Shown: positions 38,730-48,632, counted from the first letter of the whole stretch. The stretch is 63,968 nucleotides of DNA, filler included, from Nanobdellota archaeon (GCA_003660925.1; 7 parts of 7 records of this genome joined end to end with filler, not necessarily neighbours in it), one strand, 5' to 3'. Numbers and translations: made by a program. Notes: generated by a model from the letters alone, not told the origin.

Positions 38730-39399
38730 ATCTCCTCTCCCTCCTCTTCAAGTCCTCCACTGCCTTCTCGAACATCCTAGGGGTGAAGGCCGGCCAGTAA
38801 GTTGAGGTGAAGTAGAACTCGGAATAGGCGGAATCCCAGAGGAGATAGGCGCTCAACCTCTTCTCCCTCTTCATACCAGTCCTTATGATGAGGTCCGGGG
38901 AAGGGATGTCTCTGGTATATAAGTGCTTCTTCACAACCCTCCTGTCCACTTTCTTTATCCCTTTCCTCAGGATCTCCCTGATGGCATCCACTATCTCGTC
39001 CCTCCCATCGTATGCTATGCAAAAGTTAAGGAAGAACTTCTTGTACTTCTTGGTCTTTTCCTCAGCATATTTTATAGCTTCCCTCAACTTCTTCGGGAGG
39101 CGGTAGATCCTCCCCAGGAACCTCACCCTCACCTTTCTCTTGTGGATCTCCTCGTCATCCGCTAGCTCCTTTATCTTCTTCTCCAGTAGGTTGAACAGGT
39201 GCCTCTTCTCGAGCTTAGGCCTCTTTTTCAGGTTTTCCATGGAGAAGGTATAAAAGGTCAGGTACTTTATACCCATGTCCAATGCCTTCCTCAGGATCTT
39301 TTCCATGGTCCTGACTCCATAGACATGGCCCTTCCAATCGGGCAATCCCCTCTTCCTCGCCCATCTCCTATTTCCGTCTGGTATGATGGCTATGTGCAT
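38719..39399 (-). CDS. uppS: cis-Prenyltransferase (UppS family)
   Basis: HIAIIPDGNRRWA, FSMEN, PDLIIRTG and RLS. Confidence 0.95.
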   Translation of the reverse strand: MHIAIIPDGNRRWARKRGLPDWKGHVYGVRTMEKILRKALDMGIKYLTFYTFSMENLKKRPKLEKRHLFNLLEKKIKELADDEEIHKRKVRVRFLGRIYRLPKKLREAIKYAEEKTKKYKKFFLNFCIAYDGRDEIVDAIREILRKGIKKVDRRVVKKHLYTRDIPSPDLIIRTGMKREKRLSAYLLWDSAYSEFYFTSTYWPAFTPRMFEKAVEDLKRRERRYGR

Positions 39400-39875
39400 G
39401 GCTCATCTCCTCCAACTTGTCCATCAACTCCACTGCGTTGAACACGCCCAACTTCCCTATATAACTTTCCCCGAACCTTTGAACCTCATCCTTGCCAACC
39501 CCATAAATAAGTATGGGGACAGGGTCATCAGTATGTACCTTTTCCTGACATGGGGTGGAGTGGTCCCCAGTTATGACGATGAGGACATCCCTCCTCAGGT
39601 TCCCTATCAACTCCTCATCTATCCTCTCTAAGACCTCTTTCTTCCCCTCACAATCTCCTCTGTGGCTGAAGGAATCAGGTTCTTTTATGTAGGCATAGAC
39701 GCCATCGTAGTAATCCAAGCTCTCATTTATTTTATCTGCCATGGACTTGAAGTCCCTCGGCGGTTCGATTATGTCCATCCCTATCAACCTGAAGAAGCCC
39801 ACCTCAACAGGTCTATCAGTTATGGCTGCCCAGATCCTCCCGTACTTCTCGCTCAATTTAGGGAGATCGGGGAGC
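39368..39875 (-). CDS. apgM: 2,3-BPG-independent phosphoglycerate mutase, C-terminal fragment
   Basis: KEPDSFSHRGD, TGDHSTP and HTDDPVP. Confidence 0.9.
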
Positions 39876-39975
39876 NNNNNNNNNNNNNNNNNNNNNNNNN
39901 NNNNNNNNNNNNNNNNNNNTTAATTAATTAANNNNNNNNNNNNNNNNNNNNNNNNNNNNNNNNNNNNNNNNNNNN
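39876..39975. other. Artificial contig linker
   Basis: N-run + TTAATTAATTAA + N-run. Confidence 0.99.
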
Positions 39976-40050
39976 ACCAGATTTAGAGACCACGGTTTTG
40001 TTGAGGAGCTTCCTTGAGTCCACCCTTTCCTTTTCCTCCAACTCTATCAC
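39976..40050 (-). CDS. Probable PRC-barrel protein, N-terminal fragment
   Basis: Reads ...DSRKLLNKTVVSKSG into the gap; GAGGTG SD-like element at the start region. Confidence 0.5.
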
Positions 40051-40204
40051 CTCTCTTAAATGAATGCGTGGACATTTTTATAATTAACTGTGAGAGCACG
40101 ACATCTATTTAAAACCAGAAGGAAAGAGGTTTTCGCCGGTGCGATGTATGTCATGGGACGGGGTATAGAGTTAACGCGTGTTAAAGATAAGGAGGCGCTG
40201 ACCT

Positions 40205-40930
40205 CTAGAGCTTCACCTTTGTGTATTTCTGTAGCCAGAGGAACAGGATTATCCATATGATGAGGGAGAGGGCGACCAATCCTTCAAGAGGGATCAGATC
40301 CATGAACAGGAGGAATAAGAGCTCCGTGGAGAAGAGGGCAGACCAAGGGATGACGGACCAAGAGAAGACTTTGCTCCCATCCAAGGGAGGGATGGGTAGG
40401 GTGTTGAAGAAGGCGATGGCCAAGTTCAAGTAAGCTGCCACCCCGAATATGGAATTGAAGGGTTCGAGGGATTTGAACAAGACCAGCAAGAGGAGGTTGG
40501 TGGCAGGACCGGCTAGAGCGATCTTTCCCCTCTCCTCCATGGTCAGGGAGACGAACCTAAATCCTATCCTTATCTCATAGGCGGTTGATATCACTACTGC
40601 CCCAACAGTAGCGAAGATTAAGTCCACCCCCATAGCCCAACCAAAAAGGGAAAGGAAGACTGAGGTCACGGCCCACTGGGGGAGGAAGTAATATTCTGCC
40701 TTGCAATCGTATCTCTGGGCCACTAACTTGTGGGCAATCTCGTGGAAGACGAAGGCCGGGGCCGCGATGATGGTGGATATGAGGACGTTCAGCACCCAAT
40801 TCCCAGTTCTGAGGTTTAAGTATAAATGGAGGATGAACCCTATCACCAAAGAGGACAAGAGGAGGTCCTTCACCTCCCTCCTACTGAACTTCAACTGCTC
40901 TAACATCACTAATTCTTTGAAAGCTTCCAT
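40205..40930 (-). CDS. Site-2 protease (M50)
   Basis: HEIAH, IALAGP and NTLPIPPLDG. Confidence 0.92.
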   Translation of the reverse strand: MEAFKELVMLEQLKFSRREVKDLLLSSLVIGFILHLYLNLRTGNWVLNVLISTIIAAPAFVFHEIAHKLVAQRYDCKAEYYFLPQWAVTSVFLSLFGWAMGVDLIFATVGAVVISTAYEIRIGFRFVSLTMEERGKIALAGPATNLLLLVLFKSLEPFNSIFGVAAYLNLAIAFFNTLPIPPLDGSKVFSWSVIPWSALFSTELLFLLFMDLIPLEGLVALSLIIWIILFLWLQKYTKVKL

Positions 40931-41546
40931 TTATATAGTTTAGAGTGCCCCTGATCCAAAGCACATCTCCTTCCTTTACTTCATGAGGGAGCCACCAGCT
41001 TGTTACCCTCACACTACAATTCTGCCCACAAAGGTAGAAGGAGATGTACTTTCCCCTGTAAATGTTTGAGCATACTTTTCCGGACACAAAATTTCCCCCT
41101 TCACATACCTCTTTAGGATTTAAGGGAAAAAAAGTGAAGAGGACGAAGAGGGCTGATATGAGGGAGAAAGTGATGAATTGAAGCTTTTTAGGACCTAAGG
41201 GCCTGAGCCACTCCCTTATCCTCCTTTTGTTTGCCAAGAGGAAAAGTGAGGCGAGGATCACCAAGAAGGAGGAATATTCGTGACTTCCCAATAAGAAAAG
41301 GCCGTACCTCCCGAATACTTCTACTCCTGAGAGCAAGAACAACCAAGAGAAGGAGGAGAACCAACCCAAAAAGGCAGATATGGCTTCTCTCCTCCCGGAG
41401 GTGAATTTTAAAAGAAAGAAGAGGATTAACACGAGGGGGTTTTGCACCTCAAAACCGAGCAAGGAGCCCAGGATGGTATAAGGGGCTTCCAACATCAAGA
41501 TTTCTGAGAGGGAAAAAGAGAACAGAGCCAAGGCGAGAGCCATCAT
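40881..41546 (-). CDS. Membrane protein with probable C-terminal OB-fold
   Basis: About 5 TM helices, then VSGKV...VKEGDVLWIRG. Confidence 0.6.
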   Translation of the reverse strand: MMALALALFSFSLSEILMLEAPYTILGSLLGFEVQNPLVLILFFLLKFTSGRREAISAFLGWFSSFSWLFLLSGVEVFGRYGLFLLGSHEYSSFLVILASLFLLANKRRIREWLRPLGPKKLQFITFSLISALFVLFTFFPLNPKEVCEGGNFVSGKVCSNIYRGKYISFYLCGQNCSVRVTSWWLPHEVKEGDVLWIRGTLNYINGSFQRISDVRAVEVQ

Positions 41547-42070
41547 AACAGACCACTCAGGAAATTGTATCCGTCGGTTCCAGGGAAGGGAAGCATGTTG
41601 AAGAGGAACAACCACTTATTCAGCTGCATGAGCACGAAGAAGAACAAGTACTTCTCCCCTTTGACTAATTCATATCTGCACATGAGGTAGGAGAAGAGGA
41701 ATACGAAGAGGTTCACTAAAGGACCGGTAATTGCTATCATGCTGAGCTGGAACCCAGTGACGTAGCCCCTCACGGAAACGTAGGCTGGGATGAAAAAGAT
41801 GAAGGGGAATTTCATGTACTTCATCAATACGCCAAGAAAGATGAAGGGGTGGATGTGATAAACCGCGTAGGCACCAAAGCTCATGGCCACGAACTTATGT
41901 CCCAACTCGTGAAATATCACTGATGGGATGGCTGCTAGGGTCGCCATGAAGAATTCCTTCTTCCCGGGCCTTGAGTAATAGAACTCGGTTGAGGGTTTCA
42001 CGAAAAAGTCCATGAACATGTAACCTATCGCGAAGATGGTGAGGACCATCTCCAGGATCTCTTGGAACAT
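41543..42070 (-). CDS. Site-2 protease (M50)
   Basis: HELGH, IAITGP and NMLPFPGTDG. Confidence 0.92.
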   Translation of the reverse strand: MFQEILEMVLTIFAIGYMFMDFFVKPSTEFYYSRPGKKEFFMATLAAIPSVIFHELGHKFVAMSFGAYAVYHIHPFIFLGVLMKYMKFPFIFFIPAYVSVRGYVTGFQLSMIAITGPLVNLFVFLFSYLMCRYELVKGEKYLFFFVLMQLNKWLFLFNMLPFPGTDGYNFLSGLL

Positions 42071-42094
42071 AATTCTCTTTCCTCCTTTGGATTT

Positions 42095-42535
42095 TTATTC
42101 TTTTGTCAAGACGAACTTGTTTAAGATATAAGAGGGCACTGACCACGGGATGAACCAATAGAGGGAAGAGACAAGGACAGCCACCACGTCGCCTCCCCCA
42201 ATCCTTAAGGCATAAATGTTTTGCACCCAATCTGGCCTCATGAAGGTGAACTCGAACAAGAAACCAAGAGCCAGGGACAATAAACCCATCTTTTTTGGTT
42301 CATATCTCTTCTTGATGAAGACCAGAGAACCTGCCAGGCTGAATAGGGCATAAAATATGGACACACCGACGAGCATCTCGTAGAGGAATGCCCACCATCC
42401 CTTCTGTTCTATCTCCTCCTGGTACTCGGGAATGGCTGTTGAACCGAAGATTATTTCCAGAAACAACAAGTTGACCAAGAGGGAAAGGGATAGGAAGGTG
42501 AGGTAGACCTTCAAGAAATCCGCGACTTTCATCAT
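42095..42535 (-). CDS. Hypothetical membrane protein
   Basis: Four hydrophobic helices. Confidence 0.7.
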   Translation of the reverse strand: MMKVADFLKVYLTFLSLSLLVNLLFLEIIFGSTAIPEYQEEIEQKGWWAFLYEMLVGVSIFYALFSLAGSLVFIKKRYEPKKMGLLSLALGFLFEFTFMRPDWVQNIYALRIGGGDVVAVLVSSLYWFIPWSVPSYILNKFVLTKE

Positions 42536-42612
42536 TTTTTCTTTTGCCTTTTCGCCCTTAAGAACTTTGGGGTTAGGGTAATGTTTTTGAATCGAACGCA
42601 CGAGGGATAAAC

Positions 42613-43086
42613 ATGTACGTGTTGGACGCGAGCGCCTTCATAAACCTGAGCGAGTTGTTTGAGGGGGAGTTCTTGACGACTCCAGAGGTGGTGAAAGAAT
42701 TAAAGGACCCAAAGAGCAAAGCACTGCTGGAGGCGAAAGATGTTAAGGTCGTGGGCCCGAAAAAGGAATTCATCGACGTAATTAAAGAGAAGGCTGGGAA
42801 GACTGGAGATATCTTATCGGAGGCAGACGTGAGCGTTCTCGCTTTGGCGTTGGAAAAAAGAGCAACCTTGGTAACGGATGATTACAGCATCCAGAACCTA
42901 TGTGATGAGCTTGGGATTCCATTCAAAAGAGCCTCTGAGAGAGGGATCAAGAAAAAGTTCATCAGGAGAAAATGTTGTCCTAATTGTGGGAAGTTTTTTG
43001 AGGGAGAAAAATGTCCTCTTTGTGGGGCTAAATTAGTGCCAAAGGTGGTGAGGGTTGAAGATCTACGTGGTCCTGATAGAGCCTGA
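42613..43086 (+). CDS. nob1: Nob1-like PIN endonuclease with zinc ribbon
   Basis: VLDASAFI, LSEAD, TDDYSIQN and CPNC..CPLCG. Confidence 0.9.
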   Translation: MYVLDASAFINLSELFEGEFLTTPEVVKELKDPKSKALLEAKDVKVVGPKKEFIDVIKEKAGKTGDILSEADVSVLALALEKRATLVTDDYSIQNLCDELGIPFKRASERGIKKKFIRRKCCPNCGKFFEGEKCPLCGAKLVPKVVRVEDLRGPDRA

Positions 43087-43738
43087 GGAGGACGGGAACA
43101 TCGGGGCTATAGCCCGAGTCATGAAGAACTTCGGCTTCAAGGAATTAATTCTGGTCAATCCCAAGTGCAAGATAGGTCAAGAAGCTTATGTTCGGGCCAT
43201 GCACGCGAAGGACGTGTTAAAGGGAGCCAAGATCGTGGAGGAATTTGACCCTAATGAGTATGATTTCGTGGTAGGGACCACCGCGAAAGGAGGGGGGTTC
43301 TACAACGTGAGGAGATTCTCCATCACCCCTAGGGAGTTGAAAGGCAAACTCTCTGGGAAAGTAGCCATCCTCTTCGGGAGGGAGAGCATAGGGTTGAAGA
43401 ATGAGGAGTTGGAGATGTGCGACCTCGTAGTGAGGGTTCCGACGAGCAAGAAGTACCCTACCATGAACATCTCTCACGCGTGTGCCATCCTGTTGTACGA
43501 GCTCTCGGGACTAAAGGAGGAAAGGAGGTTGGCGAAGAGGGAGGAGAGAGAGGCGGTGCTCAAGATGGCTGAGGAAGTTTTGAGGGAAATAAGGTTTAAG
43601 AAGACTTCCCAAAAGAAGACCATACTCCTAACCCTGAGGAGGGTGTTAAGCAGGGCGGGGTTGAGGAAGAGAGAAGCCTACACCTTGGCCGGCATGTTCA
43701 GGTCCATAAGGAACGCGATGAAGAATGAAGGTAATTGA
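43055..43738 (+). CDS. trmJ: TrmJ-like SPOUT tRNA methyltransferase
   Basis: GNIGAIARVMKNFG, FGRESIGL and YPTMNISHA. Confidence 0.88.
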   Translation: MKIYVVLIEPEEDGNIGAIARVMKNFGFKELILVNPKCKIGQEAYVRAMHAKDVLKGAKIVEEFDPNEYDFVVGTTAKGGGFYNVRRFSITPRELKGKLSGKVAILFGRESIGLKNEELEMCDLVVRVPTSKKYPTMNISHACAILLYELSGLKEERRLAKREEREAVLKMAEEVLREIRFKKTSQKKTILLTLRRVLSRAGLRKREAYTLAGMFRSIRNAMKNEGN

Positions 43739-44381
43739 GCTGAAGAAGGTGAGCAAGAAGTACGTTCTGGGTAGGCCCTTCTACGCCTTGAAAGATATAA
43801 ACCTGTGCGTGGAAAAAGGGGAATTCCTCTCTATTTTGGGGCCCTCTGGCTCGGGAAAGAGCACCTTGTTGCACATCATGGGCTTGTTGGACACCCCTTC
43901 CTCGGGTGAAGTCATATTCAAAGGGAGGGACGCTCTCAAAATGAGCGAGGATGAGAGAGCGGAGATAAGGAGCAAGGAGATTGGCTTCGTGTTCCAGTTC
44001 TTTTACCTCTCCCCTTTCCTGACCGCGAAGGAAAACGTCATGCTTCCCATGATGTTCGCTGGTGAGGTGAATGAAGAAAGGGCAGAGGAGTTGTTGAAGA
44101 AGGTAGGACTGGGAGACAAGATGGACAACAAACCTTATCAACTCTCAGGAGGGGAAAGGCAGAGGGTGGCGATAGCGAGGGCACTGGCCAATGAGCCTTC
44201 CCTCATCCTAGCGGATGAGCCTACTGGTAACTTGGACTCTAAAACGGGGAAGGATATCCTGAAACTCTTCAAGGAGATTTGGAGGGAAGGAAACACCATA
44301 GTGTTCGTTACCCATGACAAAGAGCTGTCGAAGGCCGCGGAGAGGAAGGTTCATTTATTGGATGGCCGAATCGTTGGATAA
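43725..44381 (+). CDS. ABC ATP-binding protein (LolD/MacB-like)
   Basis: GPSGSGKST, LSGGERQR, DEPTGNLD and VTHD. Confidence 0.95.
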   Translation: MKVIELKKVSKKYVLGRPFYALKDINLCVEKGEFLSILGPSGSGKSTLLHIMGLLDTPSSGEVIFKGRDALKMSEDERAEIRSKEIGFVFQFFYLSPFLTAKENVMLPMMFAGEVNEERAEELLKKVGLGDKMDNKPYQLSGGERQRVAIARALANEPSLILADEPTGNLDSKTGKDILKLFKEIWREGNTIVFVTHDKELSKAAERKVHLLDGRIVG

Positions 44382-44412
44382 TTTTTTAAAAAAAGGAAGG
44401 GTTAGGAAGACC

Positions 44413-45597
44413 ATGAGGAAACTCGCTTTCCTGTTTTGGATCCTCTTCTTGAGCGTAAGTAGTGCCCAGTTGAGCGCCCAAGCATCTCATTTAGAGATCC
44501 CGAAAGGAGGGGAAGGAATACTGACGCCCACCCTGACGAACTCCGGGACGAGCGCAATTTATGATGTGAAGGTGGCCTTTGTGGGGTTAGACTCTCCTCT
44601 CATCGGAGACACTTGTTCAGCATGTGATGTCTGGAGCTCAGTGTGGAACAAATGCAACGAGTACAATGAAGGTTGCTTCCTAACTCTAGGAGACCTTCCA
44701 TCGTCAGGTTCGATCTCCACTTACTACAGGATTAGCGCGCCTGTGAGCGCTCCCCCTGGGAATTACCTGGCACAATTCGTGGTCAAGTACACCACGGGCT
44801 CTCAAGAGAAAGAGTTCAACTTATTCGCGACCATTACAGTCTCTGGGACTCCTGAGGTGAGATTGGTGGAGGTATCAGTACCAGACCACGTCCTCCCCAC
44901 CCAGAGTTTTAACCTCTCTTTTTATGTGAAGAACGAAGAATCCTACGAGTTGAGGGATTTGTCAGTAGAGGCGAGTGGGGTGGGATTGCTGTTCGATAAG
45001 GATTCGATCAAACTGGACGACCTTGGGCCAGGAGAAAAGAAAAAAGTTTCTTTCCAGGTCTTTCCATCCGAGAACATAGACGAAGGCATAAACAGCTTGG
45101 AGGTGACGCTGAGTTACAGAGACCCCTCTGGAAATTCTTACACGAAGCAAGAGGAGATAGACTTCTTCGTTGGAGGGAACACATCTTTTGACGTCATCAT
45201 AGATGACATCTACCCCTTTCCACCAACCAATGGGAGCAAGTTCACGTTGAGCGTGGGCGTCTTGAACTCCGGGTTACTCTCCGCGAAGTCCGTTAAGGTG
45301 ACCCTCTACGGGGAATACGTCTCAGAACCGAGGGAGTACTTCATTGGAGACCTAGGGAGGGGAGAATATGACACGGCGAGCTTCAGCATACTGCCCGAGT
45401 CTTCCGGAGAGCTCGACTTAGTAGCTGAAGTCTCTTACATGAACGATTTTGGGGAGAGAGTCTCCTTCAATGAGAGCCTGAGCGTGAAGGTGGAGGGGAC
45501 CCTCGTGGAAGGGAAGAGCTCGCCTCTCCTGGCAGTCCTCTCGAGTTTCCTCGTCGCCTTTTTCCTCATCTACTGGTTCAAGAGGAAGAGGAGATGA
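44413..45597 (+). CDS. COG1361-like (S-layer/CARDB domain) surface protein
   Basis: Signal peptide, Ig-like repeats (LDDLGPGE, IGDLGRGE), C-terminal TM plus basic tail; sits between ABC genes. Confidence 0.8.
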   Translation: MRKLAFLFWILFLSVSSAQLSAQASHLEIPKGGEGILTPTLTNSGTSAIYDVKVAFVGLDSPLIGDTCSACDVWSSVWNKCNEYNEGCFLTLGDLPSSGSISTYYRISAPVSAPPGNYLAQFVVKYTTGSQEKEFNLFATITVSGTPEVRLVEVSVPDHVLPTQSFNLSFYVKNEESYELRDLSVEASGVGLLFDKDSIKLDDLGPGEKKKVSFQVFPSENIDEGINSLEVTLSYRDPSGNSYTKQEEIDFFVGGNTSFDVIIDDIYPFPPTNGSKFTLSVGVLNSGLLSAKSVKVTLYGEYVSEPREYFIGDLGRGEYDTASFSILPESSGELDLVAEVSYMNDFGERVSFNESLSVKVEGTLVEGKSSPLLAVLSSFLVAFFLIYWFKRKRR

Positions 45598-46856
45598 GAT
45601 TCAAACACGTGCTCTTCCTAGCTTTAAAAGACTTGAGCGAGAGAAGGCTTAGGAGTTGGCTCACCATCCTCGGCATCGTGATAGGGATAGCTGCGGTCGT
45701 GGGCCTCATCGGGGCTACTAGGGGCATAGAGAGCCAAGTGGAAAGGGAACTCATGAAATTAGAAGCGGATAGGATAACTGTGCTCCCTGGAAAACTCAGT
45801 TTCACGTTTGGAGTGGGTTCTCTTTCCATTCCTCAGGAGCTGAACTATCTGTCCACCAGGGATGTGGAAGCCCTGAGGAAACTCCCCTCTCTCTCCTCTG
45901 TGGCGGGTGTCTTGGTGGAGAACATGCCCGTGGAAAAAGGAGGGGAGGTTTTCTCTTTAAGGGTAGTTGGAATAGAACCAGAGAAGTGGGTAGAACTTTA
46001 CAACCTCGGTGTCTTGAGGGGGAGAGCTCTTAGGGAAGGCGACAGGTACTCCGCCTTGTTGGGCTATTCGGTCGCTTACGATCTCTTCCGAGAGGACTTG
46101 AGGGTGAAGGAGAGGGCGAAAATAGGTGGAAAAGACTTCACCATAGTGGGGATCGTCGAACACGCCGGAGGATTCATGAGTACTGAGGATACCACCGTGT
46201 TCATCCCCATAGAAGTCGCTAGGGAACTCATGAACGTGGAACCTGACGAGGTCTCAATGATAGTGGTAAGGGCGAAGGAGGGAGAGAACGTGGAGGAGGT
46301 GGCGGATGAGATGGAGCAGGTTCTCCTTAAGAACAGAAGGATTAATGAGCCGGATTTCACCATCATTACCCCAAGCTTCGTCCAAAATGTGGTTTCCAAC
46401 CTTATGGGCATGATGTCCACCCTTTTAGGCGCAATAGCAGCTATTTCTCTCGTGGTGGGAGGGATAGGCATAGCCAACACCATGTACATGACCGTAATGG
46501 AGAAGACGAGGGAGATAGGGATCATGAAGGCAATAGGGGCAAAGGGAAAATACATCTTGCTCCTATTCTTGTTAGAATCTGGCATTATGGGACTAATAGG
46601 GGGCGTTCTGGGAATAGTTTTTGGATGTGGCTTGGGCGAGGGATTTCTCTTCTTTAGGAGAATTATGGCGTCAAGCAGTCAGTTCAACGAGACCGCTAGG
46701 AGCATGAGTTCCCTCATGTATGTCCACATGTCCATCACTCCAGACCTGGTCTTGTTGGGTTTGGTCTTTTCGTTCCTCGTGGGCATCTTTTCCGGACTAC
46801 TCCCCGCGAGAAGGGCCTCCAAACTAGACCCAATGGTGGCTCTGAGGTACGAGTAA
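45594..46856 (+). CDS. ABC permease (MacB/FtsX family)
   Basis: RSWLTILGIVIG, GIANTM, EKTREIGIMKAIGA and PARRASKLDP. Confidence 0.95.
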   Translation: MRFKHVLFLALKDLSERRLRSWLTILGIVIGIAAVVGLIGATRGIESQVERELMKLEADRITVLPGKLSFTFGVGSLSIPQELNYLSTRDVEALRKLPSLSSVAGVLVENMPVEKGGEVFSLRVVGIEPEKWVELYNLGVLRGRALREGDRYSALLGYSVAYDLFREDLRVKERAKIGGKDFTIVGIVEHAGGFMSTEDTTVFIPIEVARELMNVEPDEVSMIVVRAKEGENVEEVADEMEQVLLKNRRINEPDFTIITPSFVQNVVSNLMGMMSTLLGAIAAISLVVGGIGIANTMYMTVMEKTREIGIMKAIGAKGKYILLLFLLESGIMGLIGGVLGIVFGCGLGEGFLFFRRIMASSSQFNETARSMSSLMYVHMSITPDLVLLGLVFSFLVGIFSGLLPARRASKLDPMVALRYE

Positions 46857-46887
46857 GTCTTTTATATCTCCCCCTCTATCTCAAATC

Positions 46888-47283
46888 ATGAGATACCTGC
46901 TCTTGTTGTTGCTTCCATTCCTCTTTCTGGGTTGCGTGGAGAAGGAGTCCGATGAGGTCCTGACCCTCGAGATCCCCAGACCCGAGGATTGCGTGCAAGT
47001 GTTCAAGAGGATCCTCTACGAGTACGAGGAGAAGCCCAAAGAAGAGGGATTGGATTGTCCCTATAACGTCTCTTACATGACTCGCTATTACTTGGAGAAC
47101 ATGAAGGGCTGGTCCACTTCCCTGGAGTTGAAGGGAGAACACCTTTCCACCTTGATCTTCTACAAAGAACTGGACGATAAATACTTAGTGGTGACTGTTA
47201 CTGTAAAGGAGATGGGGAAAGATACTAGGGTGATCCTCGCCTGGGCGAGGACTTCAAGGATCCCGGAGACTGGTTGGGTATGA
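46888..47283 (+). CDS. Putative lipoprotein
   Basis: Lipobox-like LFLGC after a hydrophobic stretch. Confidence 0.7.
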   Translation: MRYLLLLLLPFLFLGCVEKESDEVLTLEIPRPEDCVQVFKRILYEYEEKPKEEGLDCPYNVSYMTRYYLENMKGWSTSLELKGEHLSTLIFYKELDDKYLVVTVTVKEMGKDTRVILAWARTSRIPETGWV

Positions 47284-47285
47284 AA

Positions 47286-47334
47286 TCAGTTCGCCCATCA
47301 GTCATCATGGTTCAGTTCCTGCTGGACTCATCAC
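47286..47334 (-). ncRNA. Box C/D guide sRNA
   Basis: Minus strand: GTGATGA-GTCCAGCAGGAA-CTGA-ACC-ATGATGA-CTGATGGGCGAA-CTGA. All four boxes are canonical, with two 12-nt guides. Confidence 0.9.
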
Positions 47335-47387
47335 CGATAAATATGAGAAAAACAACGTTTAAAAACTCTTTCGAAGTAACTCTTCTC

Positions 47388-47663
47388 GTGAAAGTCCTTG
47401 TGAAGAATTGGGACGATTTTGCCTCCCTTGCCAAGGAAGGAGGAAAACTCTTCTACAATTATGAGGAGCTCTCAAGGGGTATGTCCTTGAGTGGGGAGAG
47501 CATAACTGTTATGATAGAGGTTCTCCTTCTCTCGGATAATGCTTACTTGTTCAGGGAGAAGAAGGACATGAATTCGAAGGAATTCGAATCGTATGTGAAG
47601 GAGTGGGACAGGAAGATAAAATCTCTTAACCTGCCAGTCTTCCGCGGAAAGGTCGAAGAGTGA
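47388..47663 (+). CDS. Hypothetical protein (true start probably GTG 47388)
   Basis: The upstream part of the long ORF overlaps the sRNA and a TTTAAAAA element at 47358-65. Confidence 0.65.
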   Translation: MKVLVKNWDDFASLAKEGGKLFYNYEELSRGMSLSGESITVMIEVLLLSDNAYLFREKKDMNSKEFESYVKEWDRKIKSLNLPVFRGKVEE

Positions 47664-48070
47664 TGCAGTGCGAGATATGCGGTAAGGAAGGAAAACTCCT
47701 CAAGGTCAGGATTGAGGGGGTTCTGCTGAGTGTTTGTGAGGATTGTGCCAAGTTCGGTGAGGTCGTCAGGGAAAAGAAGAAAAGAAAGGAAGAGAAAGTG
47801 CTCGAGATGAATCCGGAACTCCCAAAGATCTTGAGGAGGTTGAGAGGGAAGAAAAAACAAGAAGAGTTCGCGAGGGAGGTGAACATTCCCGTTTCCCTCT
47901 TGAGGAAGTGGGAATTAGGAGATTTGGTGATGGACATCAAAAATGCTAAAAAACTCGAGAAGAGATTCGGGATAAAGGCTTTGGTGGAGAAGGAGATACC
48001 TTGTGTGAAGGTAAAAGGAAAGATGAAAGAGAAGTTAACCCTTGGCGATGTCGTGGAGCTTAAGGAGTGA
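47660..48070 (+). CDS. Archaeal multiprotein bridging factor aMBF1
   Basis: CEICG...VCEDCAKFG zinc ribbon, HTH, and TLGDVV tail. Confidence 0.88.
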   Translation: MMQCEICGKEGKLLKVRIEGVLLSVCEDCAKFGEVVREKKKRKEEKVLEMNPELPKILRRLRGKKKQEEFAREVNIPVSLLRKWELGDLVMDIKNAKKLEKRFGIKALVEKEIPCVKVKGKMKEKLTLGDVVELKE

Positions 48071-48574
48071 GAGGACCTTCTGGAAGTTCTTCTCATTCAC
48101 CTCTCGCTTGTATTCCCTCAGCGCCCTCTTCATTTCTTCATTCACCTTCCCCTTGAGGAGGAAGGAGATGAATTGGCTCAGGTTTTTCGGCTTCCCTTCC
48201 TTACACCTCTCAAAATCTATCAACCTCGGCTTCCCCTTCTTAACTATGATGTGTTTTAAGGGCCTGTGAAACTCCTCCTTGTTTATCCCTAACTTGTCCA
48301 TCAGGAAGGCCTTCCTCAAGCACTTCTCCAGCAGTTCCCAAGTGAGTTTTCCTTCCCTCAAGATGTCTTCAAAATATTCCCCTTCCACGAATTCGTAGAC
48401 CACGTAGTTCTTCCCTACCTCTAAGAGCTTTGGACCTATCCCATGTTTATTTAAGATCCGAAGCCATCTAGCCTCCTTTTGGGCGACCCCTTTCAACTTC
48501 TCCACTTTTATGGCCCTCTTCCCATCCCTGAAGACCTTAGAATGTCTTCCCTCCCCTATGAGCTCGTATTCCAT
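48035..48574 (-). CDS. Small RIO/Bud32-like Ser/Thr kinase (COG2112-like)
   Basis: IGEGRHSKV, AIK, EARWL..GIGPKL and IDFE. Confidence 0.8.
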   Translation of the reverse strand: MEYELIGEGRHSKVFRDGKRAIKVEKLKGVAQKEARWLRILNKHGIGPKLLEVGKNYVVYEFVEGEYFEDILREGKLTWELLEKCLRKAFLMDKLGINKEEFHRPLKHIIVKKGKPRLIDFERCKEGKPKNLSQFISFLLKGKVNEEMKRALREYKREVNEKNFQKVLSLLKLHDIAKG

Positions 48575-48632
48575 GCCATGGAAAGGAGACCCATTTATAA
48601 AAATTTTTTAATGGGGAGGGAGTCAAGAAATT

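Noticed and set aside
40136..40203. Possible third C/D sRNA (ends in CTGA, TATA-like element upstream, TTAAC-N4-GTTAA)
   Set aside because: No acceptable C, C' or D' boxes.
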